NCBI RefSeq assembly: GCF_025526975.1
Contig: NW_026515668.1
Location: 1,488,001 to 1,552,000 of the forward strand
Length of the DNA: 64,000 nt
Reading direction: 5' to 3'
From: Fimicolochytrium jonesii
Taxonomy: Eukaryota
A model generated the notes under the pieces. It ran no database searches and was not told where the DNA came from. It saw only the letters and a program-made list of their open reading frames with translations. Of the stretch, positions 1-11,578 are shown piece after piece (within the stretch, counting starts at the first letter, position 1; the number at the start of each line of letters is the position of its first letter). The translations under genes were made by a program, and so were the position numbers.

Positions 1-442
1 TTTCCGTAATCTCTTGCGCGATGATGCACAATGACGTTAGCGCAGGAAAGTAGTGCAAGCCTGCTATCTTCGTCATGTTGTAGAAACACATCTCAATGAA
101 CGTAATGTACGGCCATTTGTTGTTGAATGCGCTTGAGGAGATGCCGTTGTGCATGCACTATGAACAACGTCAGATGCGGGTATTGTCAGCGAATGGGGAA
201 AACGTCGAGCACGGAAGACAGATGAGGACATCCGAGTCCCAAAAGCGTACCAGAGTGGCCACATCCTTGTCATGATGATATATCCACTGCCGCTCAGTTT
301 GTGCAGTCTCGTCCGTTTTCCTCACAAGTGCGAGATCTGGCTCTTCGGACAGGACGAGGACACTTCCTGAACCGGATGCTTGTACCATTCCTCCGGCTAG
401 CTCGATGGCGTCAGCCATCGTATGCACCTCCAACGCCGACAT
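1..442 (-). CDS. LRRC9-like leucine-rich repeat protein, 5' part (runs off the left edge)
   Basis: ATG at 442, exon 442-251, GT-AG intron 250-158. Exon 157-1 reads CMHNGISSSAFNNKWPYITFIEMCFYNMTKIAGLHYFPALTSLCIIAQEITE, which resembles the LRRC9 N-terminus as I recall it (LC..NG...LEMF...I.GL..FP.LTSL.I.AQ.I.EI). Confidence 0.7.
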
Positions 443-2495
443 AGTCACTTGAAAAGCTGGGACCGACGGCCCCTTCCAAGTATTGAGCCCGATATACCTG
501 GGCCAGAGCTCCAGACCAGGCGAGAGGCGGACTGTGTGCTCTGAAGAAAATCAAGCCAAAAAGCGCTTAACAGATTGGTATCCAAGTGCAATATGGATTG
601 CTCAATCGGTTCGGAGCGCCAGGTATGACGGATGAGCCTTTTTCCTGAACTTCAGTCCTACATCCATCGTGATTGCAGGGACTGTCCAAACGCTGTCAGA
701 AGCGGAAAAGTACGCGGTCCAATATTACCTAAGCGAATTGGAAGCCACGTTCTGACGGACCGCATGAAATGCACTCCAGTGCTCCATTCAGTAAACCATC
801 AGCCAAATAGAAAGTGAGGTCTATGCGATGTATTTCGGCAATGTATTGTAATGCAATGTATTTCAGGAGCGCCTGGTACAATGAGTTCCATGCCACGTTC
901 AAAAGCCCGCACTGAATAATCCCAGATCAACAACAGCTCCATAATGGAGCATAACGGTCCCGAATACTACGAAAGGTGATGGTGCTGTTGTTATCGAACT
1001 CGTCCATCAACCGGAGGATGTTGGCGCAATGCAATGCAATGTTGAATCACTTTTGTTATGTCTCATGTTTAGAGAGAGCCGAGATGGGTCGCTCGCAGAA
1101 CCGCCGCGTGCGGCCCAGAGCATGGGCCCACTCTGGTCAGCAGGCAGCTCGGAGCGGCAGTTGGACATGCCCACGGCTTCGTATGCGTTGATGGCGCACG
1201 GAATTGTCGATCGTCCGTTGCCAGTGGCGTGCTCGATGAAGACCTTAGCACAACGGTTCGGCGGCATGCTTTCCAAGCAGAACAATGTCCGTGTTCCAAG
1301 TCTCTTGTACAAGAGACTCGCCCAAGAGTAGTGGCTTTGACCGCTTTGCCTATCGCAAAGCTGGCTTCCTTGGGTTGGGTGTAAAGGCGTGACGAGCGAT
1401 CGCTGGTTACGGAAAGAGACATAGCCTGAACTTCTGATAACGGCCTTGGAAAATGAGCCACACCCCGAGCATCGAGGCTCCTCACAATGAGGAATCAAGG
1501 TGCCCGCCAGAGCCAGGAAGTAAATGACGTGATAGGCATCCCTTGAGTTGGCGGATGATGGAAGCTTACCGGTCAGACGGCTGTAGAGAGTGAGCGACCA
1601 CTCCTCGCTGTGAGACATCTCACACGAGATGGCGGGGCCGCTCACCAACAATGGACTATTCCCAAACCTCCGTCGGATGATTTGGATTGAAAGGTTATTG
1701 AGTACCTTTACCAACGTCATTTGCGTTTTAGAACGTGCATCACCACTTGGTTGCGGCGACAATGCAACAGGTGCTTCCAGGCCGGCAGCCGAAGTCGCAT
1801 GCTTTCCTTATCTGACGTTGTCTTGAGGTCCTTGGCTTGGAGGCTGAAGATGCCGTATGGACGGGGGGGACAAATCTGGGGCGGATGCGAAAGGAAAGCA
1901 GGCGGCAAGTCAGATCCCGCGCGTTGAAGAGAGAACGGAAGGGTTGAAACGCGTTGGTTTTGTCGAGGGCATTTAATTGGAGAAGTGACTTCCCTGCGAG
2001 CCCACGTGACCCCGCATCGATTGTAATGAAAGCGTTTCACTCCACACGCGACATGCACACGCTGTGCTGTACAAAACGCTAGTCAACCGCTAAAGTAAGC
2101 GGGGGCATCTCATCCCATTTGCCGCTAATCATCATCGCCCGTGTGGATCCAGAATTCCCACAACGGACCAACACCAACAACTCATCGGCAAAAGGCGCTT
2201 TCTATCACTTCTTAACCTCACAGAAAGCGGCCAACTCTATCGTCCTCTTGCTGGATTGTGTAGACTGTACGGAAGCACCAGTTGTCGGCTCATCAGTACT
2301 CCTGGCAAACTTGTGCGGAGCATCCCCCGGAAGTTCACTTTAACTCCCTTTCGAGGCTTCCAATACGAGGCGTCCATACGAGGCTTGTCGTGCCTTGGCC
2401 TCTGCGCAAAGTACAGTAACTCCGACCGGACGACCAACGGCCACTCACAGGCCGTCGATATCCTCCGTAATTACTATTGTCTTTAAAGCAAAGCG

Positions 2496-3281
2496 ATGGG
2501 TCTCTTCAAAAAGACCAACAGTCCGTATGGCGCTGGCGCCACCCAGGGCAACTCCACATTGCAAAACCTCCAATTCTGGAAACAGCTGAAAAACGACTCT
2601 ACACCGAATATCACCACCGCACGCACCGTCGACTCCTTCAACACCACCACCTCTAAACCCCGCGCAATTGCACTGTCTGTCGACCTCGAAACCCGAAAAG
2701 CACATACTATTGTGCTGGGGCTGGTGGTACTCGATTTCTTGATATCGCTCGCCGCACTTTACGAAGCCCTATACGACCCAGCCTCGCCGTCAGCACTCGA
2801 CCCACACCTGAACGTCACAAAGACGCTGCATACAAGCAGAGCTGGGTTCACAGGCGCCCGTGTTTTCCTATTCGCTGCGTCGCTCTTGATCAGGACAGCG
2901 TTCCTAATCGAAATCATCTTCCGCCTCCTCGCCACCGGCGCATCCACCTACCTCCGCCTCCCCTACAACATCTTCGACGCCCTCATCGTCCTCCTCGCAT
3001 TCTTCCTGCACATGACACTCCCCGCCCGCGAAGCACTCATTGTAAACCCCATCATCCTCTGCCGATTATGGCGGGTGATCTTCTGGGTCCGCTGCTTTGA
3101 ACGAGAACTCTCTGCGCGATTCGAGCGGGATGTTACGAATATGCGCCGAACCTGCGATATTGAGATGGGACAGGTTGTGGATCGGAATAGGGAGCTGGAG
3201 AAGAAGTTGACGGTGAATGGGGAGAAGATGAGGGTGCTGTTGGGTGATGTTGGGATTGTGGATATGGATATCACGGCGTAG
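2496..3281 (+). CDS. Voltage-sensor-domain protein, Hv1 proton-channel-like
   Basis: Four TM segments: S1 LVVLDFL (Asp), S2 FLIEI, S3 NIFDALIV, S4 RLWRVI. Coiled-coil C-terminus and no pore domain. Confidence 0.7.
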   Translation: MGLFKKTNSPYGAGATQGNSTLQNLQFWKQLKNDSTPNITTARTVDSFNTTTSKPRAIALSVDLETRKAHTIVLGLVVLDFLISLAALYEALYDPASPSALDPHLNVTKTLHTSRAGFTGARVFLFAASLLIRTAFLIEIIFRLLATGASTYLRLPYNIFDALIVLLAFFLHMTLPAREALIVNPIILCRLWRVIFWVRCFERELSARFERDVTNMRRTCDIEMGQVVDRNRELEKKLTVNGEKMRVLLGDVGIVDMDITA

Positions 3282-3697
3282 GCATCCCGCGTTAGGGGCG
3301 GGGCTATTTCCCCGCACCAGAATGCGATTTCCGGCGTAGTCAACGTGTATTTGGGACGCTTGGGTAGAAGAGGGGCTTGATGTCCCTCATTTGCGTTGGA
3401 TTTTGCAGTTTTTGTGTTCCATAGACGGTGCCAAGAGGCGTATTTGTAGTTGTTTGACGAGATTCTCGCCCTTTGTACATATACAGATCATCAGTATCAC
3501 TCCCTTGTTATTCCATTTCCATTCAATATAGAAGTACCATCTGTTTTCCTCAACGTTTTCCGAATGTTTTTCTGTTATTTGTGAGAGGGCTCATATATTC
3601 ATGTGAACATCCGCTTCAGTCACACTCAAAAAGATAAGAGTGGGTACATCTGTAAAGTCCAGGTCATCTACGCTAATCTAACACACCATCTAGCCCA

Positions 3698-6600
3698 TTA
3701 CTCTTGCTCCTGCTCCTGATCCCACTCTTCCGGAGTTGGCGGCCGTGGTTCAGCAGGGACAGGGGGAGTAGGCACCCGCGGAGGTTTCGCGACCGTCTCT
3801 CCAGCCGGCGAACCGCTCACAGCACTCCCCAAACCAGCGCCAACCGCCCTCGCATGCGCCAGCGACCCAAACGTGTTCGCCGTAGGTACATCCTTCCTCA
3901 CCGTCGCCGAATACGCCGCCTTCGCCGCACCCACCCCCAGCGTAAGCTTCGGTTTTTGGCCCCAAACGACCTCCCCACCCGCCGTAACTCTACACAAAAC
4001 AACCTCCTTCGCCCAACTATTCCCCAAAAACTTGTTGCGGACTTCACCCTCCAGGCCCGCGAGCAGCGCTTCGACATCTTCGGGGGTGAGCTTGTTTTTG
4101 CTTTCGGCGACCATCACGGCGTCGGTGTCGCTGACGAGCTTGACGGTGATAGTTACGTCGGTGCCATAGACGAAGATGGGCTCAAGGAGGAGATGGAGGT
4201 CGCGCGCGTCCATGCCGTAGCCGAGGGAGGAGAGGTAGAGGGCGTTGAGGGGTTCGCGGCGGAGGATGCCATTCGTAGAGGCACTGGTGGATGCGGCGGT
4301 TGCTGATTTGGCCGTTCCAGCAGTGGCGCTCTTGACAGAAGATGCAGCAGGTTTGGCCAAAGCGACGGTGCTGAGGAGGACTTGCGGGATCACCGGCACC
4401 TTCGACGCCGTCTTGCGAACGACCGCACTCGCTAAACCTTTCCGGTCGGCATCGACGATCGAGCCGACGAGATCGTAGTGTTTCGCTAATTCGATGACAC
4501 AGTTGTTGTTGATCGATTTCCCACTCGGAAAGTGCAGGACGCGTTTCGACGCATCCTTAACAAATGCGTCGAGCTGCTCTTCAATCTGTTTGACGGCAGC
4601 GGCATTCAGGCTCGCGTACTTGACAAGAACGTCTCCGTAATCCGGGATGTTGACCGAGGCGGGTGTAGCCGGAGCCGGTGTGATGTTCAACGCCGCAGCC
4701 AGCTTCCTGTTCCGCTCCAAGCGCTCACACGACTCATCGCAACTCAGAACGATAGACTGCGAGTTGCCCATGCTTTCCTTCCATGCCAGACACACAATCT
4801 CGGCTGTCTTGTTCCCGCACCGGCACTGCTGCGCAAGCATGGCTTTGCAGGGCTTGTCCTCGGCGCAGAACTTTTCGCCGTGGCAGGGAAAATTGCACGT
4901 ATGTCCGCAGACTGAACGCACTCTGCCGCATTTAGATGTGCAGGCGTGCTCGGAATCGACGCAATTGCCGGTGTGACAGCAGCGCTTGCAGGAGTGCCCG
5001 CACACCGGCAGGATGAGTCCACAGGTCTCGCCGCAGGACGGCAGGCCCTGTCGATAGCAAGGGATGTTCTTCATGGTCCTTTTGCCGCATGCGCATGGCC
5101 GTTCGACGAAAATCACGCAGGGTGGGCAGGGCTCGTTGTCTGGGTGGCAGTTGTGGTTGCTTGTGTGGTGTCCGCAGGGGAGTTCTCGACGGCAGGGGTG
5201 TGTGCAGATTGGTGGTCGGGTGCCGCATGGGATGGGCGGATACATGACAGTCTCTCCGCAATGACATGTCAGCTCGTCGAAAGAAACACCGACAACGCAG
5301 TCGTGGCATCTCCCCTCGTGCCCGCACGGCAGTTGACATTCATGCTGCCCACACCGCAGAGTCTTGGCGCAGAGCTGTTCGCAAAGATGAAACTCGACAT
5401 TGCAGCATTTGTCCTTGCATCGATGCCGCTTGCAGTGGCGAAGCGCCGAGCAAGGCCGGTCACAGAGGGGCGGAAGGATCTGCCCGTATGCATCTCTCAT
5501 CAAATCCTGACAAGTGGTATCCATCACGGCCTTGCCGCATCGACATGGCACGGTCAGTTCCTCGGCGCATGGCAAGCAAGGGCCAGTATGACACAGTGCC
5601 GAGCATTTGTGGCCGCAGTCCAACGCTTTATTGCAGACGTTTCCGCAAGTGGGTATCTCTTGATCGCACGAGGTGCGTCCTTCCGGTCCCAAAAGCTTCT
5701 CGACAATCTCTGCTCCACATGGACAGCGCTTCACAATCGAGGGGTCGTATGGACAGACTAATCGATGTTCCTTCGCATCGTGACATGGCCTGTCGCAGCT
5801 GTGATGCCCGCATGGGAAAGGTGTGCCGCAGATTTTGTCGCATCTGAACGTGCTTCCGCCCTCTCCACACGGCACATCCTTCACCGTCTTTTGGCATAAG
5901 CAGATCGTCGTCTCAACGATTGGGCACGGTCCACACGGCCCTTCGTGGCACAGTAGGGCGCAAGAATGCGTTCCGCAATCCAGCATCCTTCCGCAGACTT
6001 GTCCACATGACTTTGAGAACGTATCGCTCGCAATCTCGCTACACCGTACCCGGAAACTAGTCTTGCCGCAGTTGCAGGCCACCGGTGGGGCGAGCGACTC
6101 GCAAGGTCGGCACGGCCCTGGATGACACTGCATTCCACAGGGATGCACACAGCTCCGATCGCGTCCGCAAGTCTGTCCACAGGTGTGTGGCGTGAGGAAT
6201 CGGTTGTGAGGCGGGTCGATGCATTTCCCGCAAAAGCATCGATATTCTTCGGGGATCGTCTTGGAGACTGTCTGACATCCAGGGCATCGCCAGCCGGCCG
6301 GTGGACCCGGATGTGCAGCGCCTTCCTGAGCGGCGGACTTGCGGCCCCATTTGCCCACGCATTTCAGATGAAACACAGCGTAGCAAACAAGGCAGCTCCA
6401 CACGGGGACCCTCGATTTGATGGTATCGTAGCAAATCATGCATTCGTACTCCCCGCTCGTCAGCTCTTCCGTCAACGAGCCGGTCAGATCTTCTGCGGCC
6501 TCCTTCGTTATAGCTCCATTCGGCCCTTTGACGACTTTGTTTCGCGGCCTCCTCCGGCGCGGCGGCTTCACCGTGCCCTCCCCATCGTTCTTCGCGCCAT

Positions 6601-7036
6601 TTTCCGTCGTCAAAGCTGCATCGCTCTGTGGCCCACTCGCGTCTGCAGGAGTCAGAGGGATCTTCGGTCGTTTGTTTTGCGGTGGTCGTCTGGTGTTAGC
6701 GCTGCCAATAGCGCTGCCATTCGGCCTGCTATTAGCGCTGCCATTCGCGCGCCTTTCGCCATTTGAAGCTGGGACATGTGCAGTTGCTGATGCCGGTGAT
6801 GTAGCTGCAGATGCTGCGTTCTTCAGGGTCGAACTGCCGCTCCCGTTCTCACGACTGGCTGCTGGCTCCCCACCTTCCTGCTTTGGCCCCCCCCTTCCGT
6901 TCTTCGGCGGGCCTCTTCGATTTTGACGTTTTGCGCTTGGCCCGCGTTGGGCGGCTGACGACTGCTGGCCGTTTGTTGCTGGCGCTACGGAATTACCCAG
7001 GGATGCAGGAATGAACGGCGGAGCGCTGACGTTCAT
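3698..7036 (-). CDS. FAP1: NF-X1-type zinc finger / RING protein (NFX1/FAP1 family)
   Basis: 1112-aa single-exon ORF with RING CMIC...FHLKC...WRCPGC, many CG.H.C...CH.G.C repeats and a degenerate R3H region. Confidence 0.9.
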   Translation of the reverse strand: MNVSAPPFIPASLGNSVAPATNGQQSSAAQRGPSAKRQNRRGPPKNGRGGPKQEGGEPAASRENGSGSSTLKNAASAATSPASATAHVPASNGERRANGSANSRPNGSAIGSANTRRPPQNKRPKIPLTPADASGPQSDAALTTENGAKNDGEGTVKPPRRRRPRNKVVKGPNGAITKEAAEDLTGSLTEELTSGEYECMICYDTIKSRVPVWSCLVCYAVFHLKCVGKWGRKSAAQEGAAHPGPPAGWRCPGCQTVSKTIPEEYRCFCGKCIDPPHNRFLTPHTCGQTCGRDRSCVHPCGMQCHPGPCRPCESLAPPVACNCGKTSFRVRCSEIASDTFSKSCGQVCGRMLDCGTHSCALLCHEGPCGPCPIVETTICLCQKTVKDVPCGEGGSTFRCDKICGTPFPCGHHSCDRPCHDAKEHRLVCPYDPSIVKRCPCGAEIVEKLLGPEGRTSCDQEIPTCGNVCNKALDCGHKCSALCHTGPCLPCAEELTVPCRCGKAVMDTTCQDLMRDAYGQILPPLCDRPCSALRHCKRHRCKDKCCNVEFHLCEQLCAKTLRCGQHECQLPCGHEGRCHDCVVGVSFDELTCHCGETVMYPPIPCGTRPPICTHPCRRELPCGHHTSNHNCHPDNEPCPPCVIFVERPCACGKRTMKNIPCYRQGLPSCGETCGLILPVCGHSCKRCCHTGNCVDSEHACTSKCGRVRSVCGHTCNFPCHGEKFCAEDKPCKAMLAQQCRCGNKTAEIVCLAWKESMGNSQSIVLSCDESCERLERNRKLAAALNITPAPATPASVNIPDYGDVLVKYASLNAAAVKQIEEQLDAFVKDASKRVLHFPSGKSINNNCVIELAKHYDLVGSIVDADRKGLASAVVRKTASKVPVIPQVLLSTVALAKPAASSVKSATAGTAKSATAASTSASTNGILRREPLNALYLSSLGYGMDARDLHLLLEPIFVYGTDVTITVKLVSDTDAVMVAESKNKLTPEDVEALLAGLEGEVRNKFLGNSWAKEVVLCRVTAGGEVVWGQKPKLTLGVGAAKAAYSATVRKDVPTANTFGSLAHARAVGAGLGSAVSGSPAGETVAKPPRVPTPPVPAEPRPPTPEEWDQEQEQE

Positions 7037-7749
7037 ATTTGAGGGTATCTGCTTTGTGGAAAGCGTGGTGCTGTCTATTGTTTTGCTGTTTGACGGTCGG
7101 TTTCCAGAGAGCTATTTAGGACAGCGGTGAAGTGAGTGACAAGGCCGGAGATGGGGCTCCAGTAGACGCTGTGCAGTGGAGGAACTCACCTGTTCGAGAC
7201 AGCAGCCTATCAGCTACGAAAGGTGCGACAGATATATGTCGGTGCGTATGAGTTTCTTTCTCGAAGCGGACGAAGGGATGCTCTGAGACGTATTTAAACG
7301 AAGGCAGCTGTCTGTCTATTGATAAGCGATCGCTTGGCGGGGTTGGGGGGCAAAACAAGCGAGGAAGGAAAAGTGGAGGCCAAATGCCTTTCGTGTGGGC
7401 AAGCGTGGGTTAGTTATCCGTGACGTGCAATTTCAAATAGCCGCCGACCGTGTTTCTTAACCGTGGTGGTGGAGCAGCCATGACGCATTTCAGTCTTCCT
7501 CACGAAACGCGCTTGCGAATCTGAGCTCTCACCTAAGGACCAAACTGGGCTCTAGAAGCTATGCCGTTAAGTTTACTGGGACACTTTGAGATAACTACAA
7601 AGTGCTGCGGTGGTTCGGTCGCTTGTGGACTGCTCCGTCCACCTCAAAGCAGACGGCTGTGTTGGATAATGCGTAGGAATACCCCGATCGTGCTCCCAAG
7701 GAGTCCTTCTTTTCTTGACCGCGAAGTGGGAGTCGTGCAGTTGTGGTAA

Positions 7750-7986
7750 GGGTGCAGTTTAGTGGGCTCTCGAATTTAAGGTACCCGGTTAAGGGTTCCC
7801 ATTTAAAAAATATATTAATTTTCAACAAATTACCGACCCCCCCTAACCCCCACCCTCCCTAACCCCCACCTAACCCTAACCCTAATCCTAACCAGGGGGC
7901 CGGTGACTTACCCTAACCTCAACCTAACCTTAAGTCACTTTAAGTTCACGCGTAACTTAAATTCGAAAACCCACTAAACTGCACCC
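7750..7986. mobile_element. MITE-like element with ~30-bp TIRs and internal telomere-like repeats
   Basis: Left end GGGTGCAGTTTAGTGGGCTCTCGAATTTAAG versus reverse complement of the right end GGGTGCAGTTTAGTGGGTTTTCGAATTTAAG. Flanked by TAA and TAG. Internal CCTAAC/CCCTAA repeats at ~7841-7930. Confidence 0.8.
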
Positions 7987-8695
7987 TAGCCGCAGTTGTG
8001 GCTAGCAATTGGGTCACAGAGATATGTTACGTTTCCGTGCGACTTGAATGTGGACCACGGAAACATGGCTGCCCGGCCAGAAGTGACAGCCAGAGTAGCA
8101 ATGGCAGGGGGAAGAAACGATAGCGCAACAACGAGCTCGTACTGCTTTGATGTCTGTCCGTCTGTTGTGCCAACCCCTCTTCCACCCACGTAACCGTCTG
8201 GTCCCCTCTCCGCATCGAAAATGGCTTGCCCCCAGAGCCCCGTTGCATAATACGGCACGTTTACGACTGACTGGCTGACTGACTACTGTAGCGAATTCAT
8301 AGTCGCGCTATGAAGTTCGAGCTACCCTGTTTCTCCCTCTCTGATCTCAGCTTGGTCGCTTGCATGCCATATATTGTAGCATCCTCTCCGGTGTTTCCAG
8401 TGAGTGACAATGATGAAAGGTAGCTTGAACGCCTCGGGGTAGGTTGCCGAGGCTTGAGGAGAAACCCAAGTTGCCCAAGCTGCACATGCATGGGTAATGT
8501 ACTGTACTGTACTGTATGTACGTGTACATATCATGGCGTTTGCTTACGTGATTCTAAATGAAGGAGATCTGGCGATGGACAGCCCGATATGATACGGGAA
8601 TACCCTGCCCAACCTCGCCTTCAGGCATACCCGTTGGCTCAGCTATACCATATACCCTTATTACACGGCACAAGCGGATCGTCCCTATAATCGCA

Positions 8696-9960
8696 ATGCC
8701 AGTCATCGGTTGTGCAGTGCTGCCCCACTCGGTAAGTAGACTCTGTCCTCATCCTTGTGCTGAGCGTCGTAACTCACCTCTCCCCAACAGGCCATGGTCT
8801 TGGACCCGAAAGCGCCAAACTGCCCCGAAGGCATCCAGGAAATTCATGACGGTTGCATAGCTGTAGGAGAGGTCATCGCTGCCTGGGAGCCAGAGCTTAT
8901 TGTATTTCTGACCCCGCATGGGATTTCTGTGAGTGGTATTGCCCGCCATTCCGGTTCGGACCCGTCCCAATTGATAAACTTCTGACTTCATACGATTTCG
9001 CAGGCCCCGAAAAGCCCTAGACCCGGAATATACCTCACACCCTCTGCGACTGGCTTGCTGGAGGACGAAGACAGCGACCCGAACAATGGCAACTACGAAC
9101 TTGCCATTCAGATCGATGCCGATGTCGCGACGGGATTCTTAGATCATCTCGGGTCGGCAGGGGTTGCATGTATGTGGCGGTGATAGTCAGCGGGCAGAAG
9201 AGTCCCCCGTTTTATTCACGAGCGAGGTGAAAGGTATGGAAATTAATCCATGTTCGGCGTACAGGCGTCAAGATCACCGGCACAGAAGCACCACTGTCAA
9301 GCTCCGAGATCATCCCATTATGGTTCATGCGCCGAGTAGCCCTCCTCAAACGAGCACCCAAATACATGCTCCTATCTCTCCCCACCCCCGTCGGCGGCTC
9401 TAGCTCAGTGCGCTCTCAGACGGCAAAAGAGCGCATCCCAGACCTGATCCAGTATGCGCACCACCTGCATAAATATCTGAACTGGTTACCGCACCGGTCG
9501 GCGGTTGTGTTGTCGGGAAATCTCGCGCATACCCATGCGACGAGGTGCAAGGATCCGAGGTTCATTCCGAAGCCGGACCAGAAATTACCGATTTCTGATG
9601 CGGCTGCTGTCTTTGATGGGATGGTGGAAAAGTGAGTTGCATGTGCAAAGTCTTATGTTCGGCGAAATCATCCTTGTACTAACGTGCAATTTCTGAACCA
9701 GATGGGCAAGCACACTCAACGGCAACTTCCTCCTCCAAGACGCCGCCGCCCTTGTCAAAGAAGCCATCTCCTGCGGATTCGACGGCTTAGTCGTCCTACA
9801 AGCGATAATTGAACGGGAAGGCAAATCGAAGTTTTCCTCCCACGTGTTTGCACGCCACCGCCCAACCTACGTTGGCATGCTCTGCGCCGTTTTCCAAGCC
9901 GACCGAAGAGTTCCGAATCCGGAATTGGCATTCCAGAGAGTGCTTGTTGATGAGTATTGA
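8696..9960 (+). CDS. Extradiol dioxygenase class III (LigB/Memo-like fold) protein, multi-exon
   Basis: Spliced exons give MPVIGCAVLPH..., PELIVFLTPHGI, VVLSGNLAHTH, FDGMVEKW, AISCGFDG and PTYVGM, which match LigB-family motifs. Several GT-AG introns; stop TGA at 9958-9960. Confidence 0.7.
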
Positions 9961-10379
9961 CATAGGACTTAGGGTTTAGTAGTTGCTTGACTTTCATCTC
10001 ACGTTTTTTTTGACTTCGTACACCTATATAACCGTACATTCCTACCTGTCTCCCAATCCCCATTCCCCACCACCCTTTTACCCCTTATTGTGTACATAGT
10101 ATTCCCCTTTCACCTCACGCCCGGTGCGGCGTAAATTGCGTACGGTGTGATACCCGGACCGGACCTTGCTTTGTGAACATGTCGCCCTCCTACCACACCT
10201 CGACATTCGACCTCGAACATGAATTGTTATCAAACAAGGGTTCAGATGAATTCACTCATTGGAAGCTTCGAAAATAATCAGCGTTGTTTTCACTACTCTA
10301 TATGAAACAACCTTCTAAATTAAAAGGTCGGAGCAAACAGGAAAACGCTATTTGCACCCCAAAAGACTTTCAAGACCCC

Positions 10380-11578
10380 TCAATCACTCCGAGCAATCTG
10401 CTCGACCTCCTCAGCGCCCTCCGTCGCCTTCCTCCGCTTCAGCGTCTCCCCACCCGCCGCAATTGTATCACCACCCAACGCAACAAACGCAGCCTTCTTC
10501 ACACCGTCTACGACATGCGCCGCATCCTGCTTTTCGGGTCGGTCAAAGAACATCTCGTGCTCGAGTTGTTCTGATGGCCGTTTGTAGGAGCCTCCTATCC
10601 TGTCCCTGGAAATTGAGGGGATGTGGGATTAGGATCCTGGGCTTGTGGAGATGTGCAAGGTGGGGCTATACTCACCATAATGTTGTATATTGACCGAAAT
10701 TGTAGTTGAACTCGAGGTGATGGACGGTGTGATGTGCGGTGCTGTTCAAGACGGTGCTTTGTGTGAAGTACGCCCTGCAGGTGGATGGGAATTCAGTAAA
10801 GTGGTCTCCACCATTCAATTGCAAGCTCCTGCATCTACTCACCCATCATGGATACTGATCGTCCAGAACTGAACCAGAACGAAGGCGAGAAGGTAAGCGT
10901 ACACGTGCATTGGGACCATGTAGACAAACAGGTGGTACGGGATGGATTGGAAGTACCCGTCCTGAGATGAACATTGAGTGTTAGCAAAACCCTTCCACAT
11001 CCGGCGCCAAAAATCTCCGCTACCAAAGGCCTTGCGGGAGATCCACTCACCAGCGGATGAAAAGCAAAGCTTGCAAAAGGCGTCGAAACCTTCCACGCAT
11101 GATGCTGCTTATGCAACCACGAATACAACTTCGGGTGATGCTCGAACCGATGAATCCAATAAATGCAGCAGTCCGTGAACGCCAAGAACATCACGATGCT
11201 CGCCACCAGGTACGGCCACCCATAGTCCTCAACCTTATAGTACAGCTTGCTGTACCCATTAACTTCGTAATAGAACCACGGCACGGTGACCGCGGCGGTG
11301 ATGGGGAACGAGGTGACGGAGAGCGTGATCTCTTTGCGGATTTGGTTTTTGAGGAATTTAGGGTGTTGCATTAGCCGGTGGTCGAAGAGAAAGTAGTAGG
11401 AGAGGGTGGAGAAGGAGAAGTAGAGGAGGTTGACGCCGACGAGGGCGACGAGCCAGAGGGAGAGGCATTGCCGGACTGGGTTGTCCCGAGCGGAGACGTA
11501 GGGCGTGATGGAGGCGGGGGCATGGGAGTAGAGCGAGTCGAGGGCGTAGCGGTCCGCTAAGTCGAGGATGATATCCAT
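10380..11578 (-). CDS. ERG3: C-5 sterol desaturase (fatty acid hydroxylase superfamily), multi-exon
   Basis: His boxes HRFEH and HKQHH, motifs [20 protein letters not shown] and [12 protein letters not shown]; three introns. Confidence 0.92.

Noticed and set aside
1007..1762. 251-aa minus-strand ORF and the perfect 20-bp palindrome AGTCTCTTGTACAAGAGACT at 1299-1318
   Set aside because: Non-ATG start and no recognisable motif. One such palindrome in 64 kb is not far from chance and has no supporting context.
7841..7930. True telomere or chromosome end
   Set aside because: The repeats are degenerate, short, internal and enclosed by TIRs.
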